Assembly: GCF_009914755.1 (NCBI RefSeq)
Contig: NC_060935.1
Origin: the human T2T-CHM13v2.0 reference genome, Homo sapiens
Length of the DNA: 64,000 bases
Direction: 5' to 3' (one strand)
Part shown: in pieces, positions 30,021 through 49,644 of the stretch
How the letters are laid out: each line of letters begins with the position of its first letter
Numbering within the stretch: position 1 is the first letter of the stretch
The notes under the pieces: model-generated
What the model saw: only the letters and a program-made list of their open reading frames with translations
Databases searched by the model: none
Told to the model about the DNA's origin: nothing
Position numbers and translations under genes: made by a program

Positions 30021-31949
30021 TTAAATTGTTAAGCTCTAAAGGACAAAACATGAAATTACTAGTATAGAAGCAGAATGGGTGACAATATCAGTAGTAGAAA
30101 CTTAACAATAATAAAATATAGGAATAAGCAACACATGTTGTTATCTTACAGTAAGAATACATCAATATTCTCCTCAGATTTTTAGGCCATTCAGGCAAGA
30201 TCTCAATATTCAAGTATGACTTCAAATAATAGAAAACGCAGCATAGTATTGCACATTGAAAGAGAAGTAAGACAAAGGTAGGAGGTTGGAAAGTCATTGG
30301 CTGTGTCCGAGAGAGGTAATAGATTAGTGAGATAGCAGACTATTGTATACAGAGTGATACAATTAAAGATGAATTTACAAAGATAACTTGGAGCCAGATT
30401 ATGAAAGACCTAAAATTGTATGTTAACAAGCCCACTGGAATCAGCTTAGATCGTGTTTCTTATTTTTCAAAATATTGTGTGGATACAATTTACCAGCAAC
30501 AAGCTAGCCTAGGAACTGATTTCCACTTCCTGTCACCTACCTCATTGATTTGTTATAAATATTGTGAGGAATGACAAGTAAAGAACCAATTGCATTACTG
30601 GAACTCAATAAATAAAATATATAATTATAGAGCAAGTAGGAGGTCACTTTAAAATATACAAGATAAAGAAGTCCTTCTGTAGATCATAAACATGGAAACT
30701 ATCTCAAAGTATTATGCAGATTATGCATTAAGTACATTGCTTAACATATCAGAGCTTTAAATTTTATATTTTTACAAAAATTAATTAAAAATATTCTTAT
30801 CCCAGTGAGAATTAAATACTGTATATAAAAGCATCTTGCTGGCTGGAAAATACAATTTTAAAGCAATTAATAATTATATATAGGTTGAGTAAGGGTATTT
30901 CTCAATAATAAATTCATAACCAGTTAATAAAGCACTATAATCTCAGTTGGTAAAGTCTCACATAGCACAAGAGAGAGTTACAGAACCAATAAAGTTATTA
31001 AGACCCTTTGGAATAAATGATATTTAGGTTTGGAAGTGGCCAAGAGATGAAGCCTTGTGCATGCTATGCAGGAGTCTTTTGGTGGTTGCTGTGTCCATAG
31101 AGAAGTGACAAAGTCACCAATTCTGTGCCAGCTTCATTTGTCTTTTCAGTGAAAATGTACAGCTTTCCTGTTTGCCAAAATAAAGTGCCCAAAGCTCTAA
31201 AGGCCCTACTGAGCAGTCTGGCAAGATACCAACTGGTGCTAACTTGATTTCCCCGGCCTAAGAGAAGTGTTGAATCACCCACATTTCCTTGGATTATGTT
31301 GCCCATAGCTCTCATCTCAGGACATCAGTCAACAATCAGTTGTGCTACTTCCCCCATCGGCCTGCTCTCTTTCTCAGTAATATCCCTACCACTTCCTAGA
31401 CTAATGCCTTGGTTGTCAGCACTTAATCTTAGTCTGCCTCTCACGGAGAAGCAAAGTCAAGTCAGAGGGGTGCAAACACTCTGCTGAAACCAGACTCTAC
31501 TTCTACTATGGTTACAGCTCATACAGACTACTCTTCTGAATCAGGCCTGGGAGAAATAACATAGATAAACAGAAATTCTGATACAAAAATTCAAACGACG
31601 AATAAGTTACTATAATATGTGGTTTTTAAAATGTTGTTGAATCGGCCAACTTAAATTGATGTAAATGATTACTTTGGCCTATTTATTCTCTCTAGTAGTT
31701 TAGCCCTGAATTAGCGTTTCCATTCAAGAAGCCTTTGTTGAGCACCTATTGGATTCTAGTAACAATGACAAATATGAATAAGAAATAATCCCTACTCCGG
31801 AAGAACACTTAGTTTAAAGGCTATAAGTCAAGCAAAAATATAACTGCAGAAAAAGAGACAAATCTGAATGAAAGGACTGAAGGAATTGCCTAGGATGTCC
31901 ATCTCTACCAGCCAATAAAGTATCTGGAGTGTTAAAACGTCCCCAAGAA

Positions 31950-36823
<4,874 letters not shown>

Positions 36824-37529
36824 AAAATGTCCCCAAGAAGAACAGAAACGTTGCATTTACCAGCATAGCCTGCCAGAATTACTATTACAGATAACTGGAA
36901 GGAACGCTTTGATAAGTCACTGAGAACGGAAATATAACGTTTCCAAAGGGAATATTATTTTGACTGAATGTCTTCTAAATTGAGTTCATTGTGGAATTTT
37001 TGTTTTACTTGGTGGAGCACACATATTTGGGTCCAAAGCTGAATTATGAATGAGAGAGTAGAGTTGGAATGCCCTTACAAGTATTGTTCCACGATGTCTT
37101 TTTACTATACTATGAAGATCCTCTTCTCTAAATAAAATTAAACAAATATTAATGTAAGACTTAACTTCATGTCATACTGTCTCTTCAAAATGACCATAGC
37201 CCCATTTATGTATGTTATCAACGAATAAAATTGCATCATAATTCATTAATATAGATGCAAATGGAGCGAGATTCTATTCTATTTTTATTGCTATATCACA
37301 AACCTACTTAGATCAGAATCTCATTTTTTAAGGCTTTCCTCCCAGTCCAATAGGGAAGTGTATCTGCTCCTCTCAAAAGTATGTGTATCTCCTTGTACTC
37401 AGGATCTTCTTACTCTTTCCTTCTTTAGAACTGTATCCTTCATTTATCTGCATTTTCTTTCTAATTCCTTTCTCTCTCTTTTCTCTCCAATCTCCCTCTG
37501 CCTTACTATTCTGGATTATTCCCTTAGAA

Positions 37530-37740
37530 TAATATATATGATATAATATATAATGTTATGTATAATAATATATTAATTATAATTATATTTTATTTCTCAT
37601 AATTATATTTTATAATTATATTGATTATATTAAAATATTAATGTAAATTACAATAAATTAATTTATACAATAATATATTAATATACAATATATTAATGAT
37701 ACAATAATATATTAATATATAATTATATATATATATATAT
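37530..37740. repeat. AT-rich low-complexity/(TA)n tract within L2-like fragments
   Basis: Nearly pure A/T with internal ATACAATAATATATTAAT repeats. Confidence 0.85.
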
Positions 37741-38337
37741 CCCTATCACAGACATAAAGCACTATGTGACCTTGTTGCTGACCTCCCTCCAAAATCTTAT
37801 CATCTTCCCTCATTGAGCTACAGCCATTTTCTTGTTCTCTCATACACTATGCTCTATCTCCTCTCTGAATTTTTATACTTGTTGCACCCTCTTCCTAGAG
37901 GAATCATCCTTCACATCTATTCTTCAGTCTGAATTTTTGACACCTTTTGGCAGAAACAGCTTTGTTCACCACTCTAGTGGTGGTTGGTTGGTTACCCCAT
38001 TTATGTATTCACAATCTCTTAAATCTACTGCTACAGCACTTGAGCCATCTTTTTATCTTCTTATCACCAAATGTTTATTGTGCTTACAATATAATAGAAA
38101 CTAGAAATGAGTTTAATTGGTAAACTTAACGGTGTTCAAGATACGTGGGTTATTTTAGAGATCCCTCTCTCCTTTAAATAAATAAACATGTGAATCAAAA
38201 AAAGCCTTAACCCTTCACCTTTTGGAGAGACAGTCAACACTTGATTATGAAATGTCCATGCTTGACTACAATTTCAAAAGATTTTGTATTTGATGATAAC
38301 TATAAATTTATAAATCCTCATTGTACATTGAATATTG

Positions 38338-38900
38338 TGTCAGCCTTAAATTATTTCATTCAAGATTTTACCAGAGCACCAAGAATTGAGGTAACATAGA
38401 TGAAATAGAACTACTCTAGGAATTTGTTATTCCTAATTTGTTAGTATATTTGGTGTGACAAATGACTATATGAGGACCTCCACACATCTTAGTGTCTACA
38501 TTAAGCAAACCTACTATTCCATTGCCTTCAGTGGCAAAATTTAACTACTTCTAGAAGCCCTTCTCCAGGCAAGTAACTTTATTGTTCATTATAGGAACTT
38601 CTCAACCCACTGACTTCAGTAGGAAGCATCAACAGAGTTTATACATAAGACACTCTGACTATCTCAACTTAAAATCTTTTGTCTTGCTGTTTCCATTGAT
38701 CCTAAATATACCATGATGGACACACAATTCTAATTCAGTCCTCACATTGAAAAACTCACCTTAAACCCAACTTCAAATTCTCAATAAAATCCAATCTTGT
38801 CCTTCTCCCTGTGAGATACTACCAAAGCCTAGTGTTCTTGCTTACTGAGGTGATAAGTAAATTAAGCTCTCTCCTATCAACATTGTGTTGGACATAGTCA
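38338..38900 (+). mobile_element. Probable ERV1-class solo LTR (MER67/MER89/MER90-like)
   Basis: TGTCAGCCTTAAAT start, CCTAAATATA TATA-like box, and 3' AAGCTCTCTCCTATCAACA similar to recalled MER67-group ends. Family is uncertain. Confidence 0.4.
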
Positions 38901-39489
38901 ACTATATGTAATGGAATATGGCCCAATATTGCTTTTATTTTTAACTGAGTATGGAATTTGAGAGTGAATAGCTAGTCTATATCTGTATTTTGGCAGTACC
39001 AATAATGGCCAGAAATAGCTAAATCATTGTTTATAACCAAGTTAATTTGGGCCAGATTTTATCAAGGTCTAAATTCAAATATCATACATCAACATGGTCT
39101 TCTCTGACTGCTGAATTGAAAGTTGCCTTACTCATTTAGTCACCATTTTGTCACTTTTTTTTTTGTTCTTCTTCACAGCTTTTATTACAATAATTTAACT
39201 TACTAATTTTGTGTTAATGGGTTGGATTTTTTGGATGTGGGTTTATTATTTGCTTACTCATTCATTTATTCATTTCATAAATATGTTACTTACTAAGCAT
39301 GTTTACATCCAGTTAAGAATGGCCAATGTTTTAATTATCTTCTTCTTTTGTTGACACCTTGGTTGACAGAATAAAGAGCTGTAATGGCATGTATTAGTCT
39401 TTTGTCAACAAGTTGTTTTGAATTTAATGAGTAAAGAGAATAGATGCGTACATGAATACCCACTCAAACGAATGCAAAACTTTAGCCTG

Positions 39490-39911
39490 CACAGGTAGTC
39501 AGGTGTTTTCTGTGCCAGACTATACTCCGTAGGCCTTCTTACTTCAGTGTGTTCCAGCCTATTGCCTTCTGCTGGAATATGCATCTCTGTGCCTGAGGGT
39601 CTTCTCCAAAACAGGCCAGAAGTTAGAAATGCTTACACCCACAAATAACCCATAATCAGTAACTGAGAGGAGTTAGGGTCTAAGTACCCAGGTCAATGGC
39701 CCTTCTTGTGCCACAACTCTGAAGGGTGAGTTTTATGTTGGTTCTCTAATAACTTACCCCATAGGCTTATCTCCAGCCATACAGCACTAGTTGCCTTTTA
39801 AATGTACTATATGTTTGCTTTTTCTCTTGCTTACCTTACTTCATTACTCTCATATCAATGTCTCTTGCACCTATTGTGAGGATCTGTTCCTGGAGTATCC
39901 AAACTACAATA
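39490..39911 (+). mobile_element. ERVL solo LTR (LTR16/LTR33-like)
   Basis: GCATCTCTGTGCCTGAGGG..CAGGCCAGAAGT..ACAACTCTGAAG, ending GATCTGTTCCTGGAGTATCCAAACTACAATA. Confidence 0.65.
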
Positions 39912-41379
39912 CCCAATTTCCACATATATTGAGTCAGCTCTACATATGTACTGGGGGCTAAATTAGCACCTAGAAGAAGCCTTTGAAAGACCCTAAACTG
40001 TCAAGTGACAACTGAGCTGAGTCTTGAAGAGGCCCTCAGTTGATTTCCCAGCTTTCCTCTTTCACATACAATCTTCTCTCTCTTTTAAATATATTGGAAT
40101 ATTTTCCAAATGGAATCTTGGTCCTCATTTCCTTCTCCATGAGTTATATTTTACCTTATTCACCTTCAACATCCATTCTAAAGGCCTCCTTTGTTTCACC
40201 TCAGGGAGAAACAACCCATAGCCTGTTATATTCAGTCTCAGATACCAGACTGATCTACAAACTGCAAAAACCTTTTCAAAGAACTTCTGAACCTTTGCCT
40301 ATTATTGAATATGCTCATTTAATAGTTAACACTCCTACACAATTTTAAAAATATATTCATTTTAGGCTTATGTATTTAATACACGGTCATGGATTATAAA
40401 TTTTTAATTTTTATTTGTTGAGTCACAACTTTAATTGGTGCAACTCAGTGTGAATTTTATAGTGCTACATAAAATATTAAATCATGATTCCCATTACACT
40501 AATTATAATAATTATCCATCATGATCAAAAAGCAATAATTATCCTCCTACACACAATATTATACAAAGAAAATCACCTATCCTGTGGCACTTAATACCTA
40601 AAACATAAGATGCTAATGCACACAAACATCTAAAAGTATGAATAGTATGTATTTATGGCATTAATATTAAAAACTACTGATTTACCTTTCAGTAAGCAAA
40701 ATAAAAATACCAACATTTAAATTTTGAAAACCCGTGTTTTAATAATTCACTCTACCAATTTGAAATTGTACTTAGAATTTCCTGAAATAATCAACTTCTT
40801 AATAGAAAATAATATTTTTTCTTATTAAACATTTAACTTTATACACATTTTTAGAGCCATACTCACTTATTATCTCTTTAGCAATAGGATAAAACTCAAA
40901 GAAATTATCTACAAGCATTTGTAAAAATAATCCCACCTGTGTATTATCTGAATAAACCAAATCAAAAAAGTCAACAGAAACCAATATCTCAATAATTCAA
41001 GGGTATATTGATTAACAAATTCCTAATTACATGGATATTTTAAAGGGATTTTATGTACTTGAATTATGTCAATAATTGTTCTGAACTTGTTTACTATGTA
41101 GCTTTAAGAATAAAATATAGGAACATAACATAAACATAAACATAAAGGATAGGAAACTTGCCAATAATTTCATATTTTGAAAGAAGTTGGATTTCAAAAT
41201 ATTTTCATGCTATTGAAACAAATGGGGCTTATCTAGTTTGATGGAGTACTTTCCATAAACTTGGATCAGAGGGAGTTAAAATATTGAGGCAAAAATTTCC
41301 TATTTAGAAACATTTAAATATTGTATTTTAGAGTGAGGAGGAAATTAGAAAAAGTAAAATAAATCTATAAATACTAATA

Positions 41380-41943
41380 TGTGATTTTGATGGTTCTATA
41401 CCTGGGTCCCCAAATTTAAGACAGTTATCTTATTAAACGTTGGGGTCTATGGCCTTTTTACTTGGATTTCAGGTGATTTGTGGCTGCTTTAACCCATAGA
41501 ATAGTGATGCCACATGGCTTCTAAGGTCAGAAAAGGCCATGTAGTATCAACTTGGTCATCTTAAAATGCTTGTTGTTGAGGCTCTCTTTTAGGAAGTTCT
41601 TTTAGGGAGCTCTCTACGAACTTAACTGTCATACTACAAGAATTCAAGCCACATGTGGAAATCATATGCAAGTACTGCAGTTGAAAGTCTCATCCGAGAT
41701 CCCAGCTGACAGTCAACATCAGTCACCAGACATGTTAAAAAAGATGCTTCCAGATAATTCCATGCCCCCAGTAACAAAGTTACCCTCAGTCATGGAGTCA
41801 TTCCAGCTGAGGGTGCAGATGTCATGGAGTAGACATATACCATGTCTTCTGTGATCTTCCTGAATTCCTGAGTCTCAAAATCTAATCTGTTTTATGTGAC
41901 TACATTTTGGAGTGGTTTGTTTAACAGCAATAGTCATTGAAAC
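41380..41943 (+). mobile_element. MaLR LTR (MLT1H-like)
   Basis: CCCAGCTGACAGTCAACATCA..CCAGACATG, CCAGCTGAGG..CAGATGTCATGGAG, and end TTTTGGAGTGGTTTGTTTAACAGCAATAG. Confidence 0.75.
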
Positions 41944-42744
41944 TATGACTAAATTTCATCAATGTTTATAAAAATGCAAATAAAATCAATGTGATGATGC
42001 AGATGCATAATAGCATCATCTATCTAACATTTAATCCTTTAATCAGTCTGTCCTTTAATAGCCAAAAAGGACAAAGAATAATGGATTATTTTAATTTCAC
42101 AGATGAAGAACTTGAAGAATTAATAGTATAATTAATTTTCTAAGAATTCCATGTTTTCTAAATGTCAAAGCCAGGAAAAAAACAAAACAAAACAAAACAA
42201 AACAAACTTCAGGTCTTCTTATTCCAAGTCCATTGCTATAGTTGTATCTTTAGAATATGTTCTACTGATGTATTACTGGTTGTCAATCTACCAGTTATGC
42301 TGGATGGAGGATTCACAATGTAAGTGGTTATATTTGTCCATGTCTACTGTTTCTTTAAAAATGATATATGCATTCATTCTCAGTGCATTCCCCTTCACTC
42401 GCTGCCATCATGCCAGATGGGATATCTATTTGTCCAACTAAATTAGGTACTGGAATTAGAGTGACTCTGTGAGGTTACACAAAGAGGGGCACATTGAAGC
42501 GTTTAACACAATGCCCAGCATGTGGAAAGTGCTTAGTAAGGATAACCTTAAATTATGGCTATCACTATTGAGTACTTTTCATATTATGATTATTATTATT
42601 GTCACTAGACAATGCCTACTAAAAAGAGTTGTAGTAAGATAATTTTTCAGGAAAAGAATGGCTTGAAGGGTGGGTATTTGAATAAAGATATGGGAGTCTT
42701 CTAGGTTTTTCCCAGTAAAGCAATAACATAAGTTGCTTAGTCAT

Positions 42745-43000
42745 ATTTATTAATTATAATCGAATGTATAGAGAGGCATTTCTAGTCATTAGGACAAGCA
42801 CTTTATTACACAGGCAAACAACTTTTTCTCTTTTTAACAACCTCTGAAGTAAATAATATTTCTCCCCTTTACAGATAAGGGAATAGGCGTTCTGAGACTT
42901 TAAGTAATTTGTTTAGCGTCATTGGGGTTAGATAGTGACAGAGCCAGAGTGGAAATAAGTTTTGAATGCACACAAAGCTTTCATGGGTAGTCACTACATT
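42745..43000 (-). mobile_element. MIR
   Basis: ACAACCTCTGAAGTA...CCCCTTTACAGATAAGGGAA..TAAGTAATTTG..GTGACAGAGCCAG. Confidence 0.6.
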
Positions 43001-46000
43001 TCTTAATGTGCTTTAATAGTTTGAAACATGAAGTTTAAGTTTTATCTGAATTTGTTTGCTATGGCATTCCACTAAATAGAGATATATTTAATTACTTTAG
43101 GCTGGCATAATGCGTACGTGTGTGTGTGTATATTCAGAGGAACCCAAATAATTAATGCTGTGTAGGTTTTGGTAATTAATAAAAATATTTCTGTGCACAG
43201 CAAATTTGAATTTTCATTGTTCTTAAGAAGTTTGCTTTTTAAATCAATTTTTGAATATTTTATCCTGTAGCTAATACTTTGATATTCTTTTTTTTTAGGG
43301 CAATGAATTGTTTTTCCTTTTATATTGGTCAAATTAAACATAAAAACATGTTATTTAAAACATGACATATATAAATGTATCAACTTTTCCCCCAAATTCT
43401 AGAATTAAAATGAGTAAACCTCATCTGCTGAGATTTGATAAAAGCTAGCCTTTCATATTAAATATATGCACTAATGCCCACTCTTGCACCTCTATTTAAA
43501 AAGAAGGTAAAAAAGATACTTTAATGTAATAATAAACTTCTTAAGCATAAAGTTTCAGTACTATTTATCATTGTTCATCTGGATAATTTGGCACACTACC
43601 AAAAAAATACTCTATTTCTCACTCCCTCTCCTCACAATTAGTATTATGTGGACAGAGCCAAAATGTTAATTTTGTTCTGGAGAAGTTAAACATAGAATGA
43701 TGATTTCAATATTGTTTATTCATTTGGTTTTATCTTTGGCTATAAAATCCACATTAGGAAAAATCTTTATATTTATCCAATCTAACATAAATAGATATAC
43801 TGTGCCAATATTGCAGAGTGATTTTGGCTATGAGTCTCAACATTCTGTGCAAGCTCAGATTTGGCTCTAAATGATTATATTAATAATGTAATCATAGGTT
43901 CATCAAATCCATTATGTGTCATCTTTTAGTTTTTAAAAGAGTATACTATAGATTTAACTATTCACTTCCTTCTCCAATGTATTAGGCTATTCATTTTGGT
44001 AAAGTTTTAAAAGCAACTTTTGTCTATTCCACTGTGTTTAATTTTTTTTAAATGAATCATCTAGAAGAGGAAAAGTAGAGTGAGGAATACTAAAAACTTC
44101 TTGCTTAAAAATATATGCTATTTGAGATTAAAAAGGATAGCTTCTGAACAAAGATTTTAAACAGAGCTCTCCTCCACATATATCAACATACACAGTACAT
44201 TCAGTCTGTACTAAAAGTTTACCAATTCCTACAAATCACTTAGAGGTGGTGGTTGGTAACTTTATTTCCCATACCAACCTCTCTGAATGGTGTTGTTGTT
44301 TTTGTTCAATGAGCATTCAACTTCAGAGTTAAATGGTAGCTAATTAAGTGATTAATCACATTGAGTGAAAGCCTAAGTCTCTTGTCACTAAAGCTATGCT
44401 TTTCCAAATAACCGCCACCCCACCAACACATGCTCATGGAGAAAAGAAAAGTGAACACTTACCAATTTTAAGGGCATATCGAATATAGGCAACAACTGGG
44501 CTATAGCATTCTCACCAGAAACAGACCTCAGTTGGATTTACCTTCTTTTTCAACTAGTATCCTGAGTAGTTTTCACATTAAGCCAGTTGCTACCTGCTGT
44601 GATGTCTTTTTTCTCTGTTGGTTTCTCATACCTGCAGATACTAAAATTCACACCAAACCGAATTTCCCTGCTGATCCTGAGAATTTGCACCTATCTTCCT
44701 TCCTCCAAGGAAGTCAATTATTATCCCTTAAAATTCAGTCCTAATTCTGTGTTATTGGGAAAAAAAAAGGTCAACTGTCCCTCCAGGTTTGAGTACTGGC
44801 CCTACGGGAAAAAGCAAACGTCAATCAAGTGTTTGCTTAAGAAGGTTGTCAGATGACAAGATTTCGAGGAAGACAGTTTTCTATTTGAGATTTTTCATAT
44901 TAACAGTTATGCCCAGAAAACCTAAACAATTTATGCACCTTGAGTGAGCAAGTATTGTAGTGATAATTTACATTAGCCTTCTTAAAACATGAGTGCAAAT
45001 GTGTTTTTACTAGTTTATATTAATTATAGCTCTTCCATATTATAATAATTAACTATGGTATAGCTAATTAACATATTTAATTAATAAACTATATGATTAT
45101 ATTATTTGCAACTAATATATAAGATGGCTTTGCACTATTCACTTTAAGTATTACTGATTTTTAAAATAAAAGCACAGCATTTTCCCTTTTCTATTATTTC
45201 TCATTTTAATTCTGAAATAATCTTATAATTTCTCATTTCAGCTTTTAATTGTGATTTCTCAAATAGTAAATTCCTTGGGAACATATTAAGCATTTAAAGT
45301 ATACATAATAGAATAAATCACATAATTGCACTAAGTAGTATTACATGCTTAAAGGGACTGTGTACACCTGTGCCAGGAATGTCCACATGGGATTGGTCTG
45401 TCTTAGAATAGAGAGTTTACAAAATTGTTTCTCATGTTTTGTTTGCTTGTTTGTTTTAAGTTTTACCCAGGGTAACTGCTGTCTTTACATGCCGTATCAG
45501 TATGCCAAAGATATCTTAGGGATATGGAGAAGTATGAAGGGAAGCTGCCCTATTGCCCAGTCTCTGTGTCTACATGTGTATTTCTCTTGGGTTTTATGTA
45601 TTTGTTGAAACCGCTGGCAATCTCTTTTCCTCAGCCTCTCAGCAGTGGAACCCTAATCTCTCCTCTGTCACTTCTCACTAGAATTATACAGATCATATGG
45701 CTTTCATAGGGTTTTGCAGTAATGCACAAGTCAGTGCTAGCATACTGATTTGAAAGTACTGTTCACTTTTTTTATTATAATCTCAGTTTTGTCAGCTACA
45801 AACTTGGAACAGTTACATCTACTCTGTGTTTTTCATCAAGCTGTGAATGTTTTAATTAAATAGGTGAAAGGGCTGTGTATTTTTTTTTGTCTATGATCTG
45901 GTAAGGTGGAACAAATAACCAGCTGAGGATCATGTTATTTTGTTTTAAAAGCATTCCTTTGATAGAAAGACTCCACTTCTTCCATCATTTTCTCAAACTG

Positions 46001-46351
46001 TCAAATTAATATATTTACAAATTTTTCTACAAAGATTTTCTTAATCAGCCCTGTTTGGATTCCTGGACCATTAAGGCCCCTGAGGTCTATACTCATATTT
46101 TCTGGAAGATATTTCTCAGGACAGGCATACTTAATTTCTCATTTTAAATCCTATAGAATCTTAAAATATATTTGCTTGAACTACTGGAGATTACATTTAT
46201 TGAATATTCTATGCCTGGGCAACACTTGCCTGATGGTATTTAGTATACAAGTCAGGAGCACGTGGAATTAGGGTGAACAAGAGTGAGAAAATGAAAAGAA
46301 ATAAAATGGTAATATCCTGTTCAGATATTATAGTGTTCCCACAGAAATGCT

Positions 46352-46361
46352 ACACACACAG

Positions 46362-46403
<42 letters not shown>
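46352..46403. repeat. (CA)n microsatellite
   Basis: Directly visible; about 20 uninterrupted CA units. Confidence 0.95.
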
Positions 46404-46406
<3 letters not shown>

Positions 46407-46840
46407 ACACAGAGTCATCATTGGAAGGACTTAACAACAAAAGGTAAAGATAAAATCTTCCAGGGATACTAAACCATTCATAGGTTATTTATGGTTGGTT
46501 AATACTGTTTTAATTTGTGCCAACATTTTAATTCCCAATTTATGTTACATGGTGATTCCTGATGGGTAGGGAAGGAAATATCTCTGAATCACCTGAGAGT
46601 GTGGAATGTTAACCTTGGATATTCAAATTCTTGCACCCTAATAGGCATCCCTCTGTATCCTTTGAGAATCACTGCTCTGGTCACCACTCTTGAGAGTGTG
46701 TCATCCACCTGGAATGGCTAAAACATTTACAAAACCACCAGGGTATTTGGTTTAAAATACTCATGCTATAGTTTCAAACAGATTCAGAATGTAAAAAGTA
46801 CTATTTTCTGTCAGTGTGTTAGTTTTCTGTTGCTGTGTAA

Positions 46841-47187
<347 letters not shown>

Positions 47188-47314
47188 TATTTCAGTTTCT
47201 GTGTGGCAGAAATCTGGGGGCAGTTTTGCTGAATCAGCATCTTTCTAAAGTGTTGACTAGGGATTCCTATATCTCAAACTGGTTGAGGAAGGATCTGCTT
47301 CTGAGTACATTCTT

Positions 47315-47622
47315 TTTTTTTTTTATTTTATTTTATTTTATTTTACCTTAAGTTCCGGGATACATGTGCAGAATGTGCAGGTTTGTTACATAGACATACA
47401 TATGCCATGGTGGTTTGCTGCACCTACCAACACATCACCTAGGTTTTAAGCCTCACATGAATTAGGTATTTGTCCTAATGCTCTCCCTCACCTTGCTCCC
47501 CACCCCCCGACAGGCCCGGGTGTGTGTTGTTCCCCTCCCTGTATCCATGTGTTCTCATTGTTCAACTCCCACTTGTGAGTGAGAACATGCAGTGTTCGGC
47601 TTTCTGTTCCTGTGTTAGTTTG
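47315..47622 (-). mobile_element. L1PA (L1PA8-like) 3' end only
   Basis: Antisense 3' UTR (GGGATACATGTGCAGAATGTGCAGG...). Perfect 14-bp TSD CTGAGTACATTCTT at 47301-47314 and 47623-47636. Confidence 0.92.
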
Positions 47623-48744
47623 CTGAGTACATTCTTGTGTCTGTTGGAAGGTCTGAGAAAATTGGCTTCCAAGTTCACTTATGTAGGCCTTCCCACATGG
47701 CTACATTATAATAGAGGGCCTGGCTTCCAAGATGGCAGAGCAAGTCATCAATGACAGAGTTAGAGAGAGCCCCTGGTTCGTGAGTCACAGTTCTTAGATA
47801 ACCCAATTCTACAAGTGACATCTCATTACTTCTGACATATCCCATTCACTAGAAACAAGTAAAACAAGTCCAACTCACACTCAGAGGGAGGAGATTACAC
47901 AAGCACACCAGTAGGTGTGGATCAATGGAGACTATCATAGAGGCTACTTACTTTACTCATCTATTGGGACATTTTTATATGGTATGAAATATACCTTAAA
48001 AATCAAGGAAGAGAGGCAGAATACTGAGGACATTATGAGGTCACAGGAAACTGCATTGGGTAAGACGTTTGTCGTAGTTAGGAACAGATTAACCACTTAT
48101 GGGGCTAATTGTGTTTTTGTTTCTATGTACGATTATGGTTGCCCTACATTCACCTTCATAGTCTCAAAATTTTGTTTTAATCCCAAAAGTAGTTTTTTAT
48201 TGGGACAACTATATTTTTTCATGATTTTAGGCCCCCATATAATTGTTTCTAATTGAAATATTGATTGGACCAAGTCATTTTATATGAAAGAGTAAAACCA
48301 TGTTTGATGTGATAAAATTATAAAAGGATTAATAATATTGTAACTACCTCTAGTGCAACAAGAACATAGTAGATGCAAAATAAATACGTTCTCAACTGAA
48401 CAAAATCTAGTTCTTCAAAAAACTATTTTCTTCATTGTAGTTATTTGGATAATCTCATTGTTTTAGATTGCTAGTTTCATCTATATCTTCAAAGTCATAA
48501 TAATCATGATTTTGAACAGGAAACGCACAAGCATGAGGTTTGTGTCTACCTTTGTTAGAGGTCAACAGTTGTTACCTGTTTGACTTTGAGCAAGTGTTCA
48601 AATATTTATGACTTACTTTCCTCAACAGTATAAGACACAAATAACAGCTCTGCCTACCTGTTACAGAGATTTTCAAACAGGTGAAACATATAAGAATGTT
48701 GTTATATTGTAACTGCATTTGCTCTTTTGAATGTATATTAACAA

Positions 48745-48975
48745 TAATATTAAAAATATTTACTAAGCTTTTCCTATAAGTTGTATTCTGATAAACACAT
48801 GCACGTGTTATTTCATGGAATACTCATAAGAGCCCTATGATACAGGATGTATTCTAATCAGTTTAGAGAGGAAGCAGTTAACAATTAGACAATTGCTTAA
48901 GGTCATCAGTCTAGTGTAGGAGCCATGGTTTTAATTCAGGTTTGTCTTATAAATCTCATGATTTTGTACTACTGT
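48745..48975 (-). mobile_element. MIR
   Basis: ATATTTACTAAG...CCCTATGA..AGG...GAGGAAGC..TTGCTTAAGGTCA. Confidence 0.5.
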
Positions 48976-49644
48976 TGTTTGTTTACCATTTTTAATGAAA
49001 GGAGAACTTACTCTATACTTGGAGGAGAGAAAGAGCTATGGCATACCCTGGTAATTGCCAATCAAAGTGCCAATTCACCCTTCATGCTTGCTATCAAATC
49101 TCTATTTCTCCAGATATTGGTAAGGAGCATTTTGCTCAGGAAAGGAATTCTCCTGTTCCTACCCAAGGGGTAAATAATGATTTGTCTCCATGATGGCATT
49201 TTTATTTCTTCATGCCATCAATTAACCAAGAGTCAGCATGTGATGTAGTTCTGACTAAGGAATTGGAAGGGGAAGTCTGCTGGACACTTCTGGAAAACAG
49301 AAGATAAGCAAGAGAGCCTATGATATTCTGTCTCAAACAAAGAACTGATAACCTCTCAAGGTTTTATTGATATAAACACTTGTGCTTATTATTAAAGCTT
49401 CTATAATTCTGATTTTCTGCCACTTAGTAAACATAGTATAACTGAAAAAAAAAAGGCCTTGGACAAAAGGAAGACAGATGATTATTCTGTAATTAAAATA
49501 GCCTTATAATTTGATAAAGCTTTTAAGCATTTTTATTTTTGGAGTTCCACAGTTAGGCTGGTTGTTGTAGTTTGCAACTATAAGGGTGCCTCCATCTTAT
49601 TTTTGAAAAAATATAATAAAAGGAGAAAGTCAGTTGTAAATAAA

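Noticed and set aside
44638-44786. Putative 149-nt exon (pyrimidine tract + CAG acceptor, CAG|GTTTGA donor)
   Set aside because: Weak donor, no recognisable protein similarity and no partner exons. It cannot be supported without transcript data.
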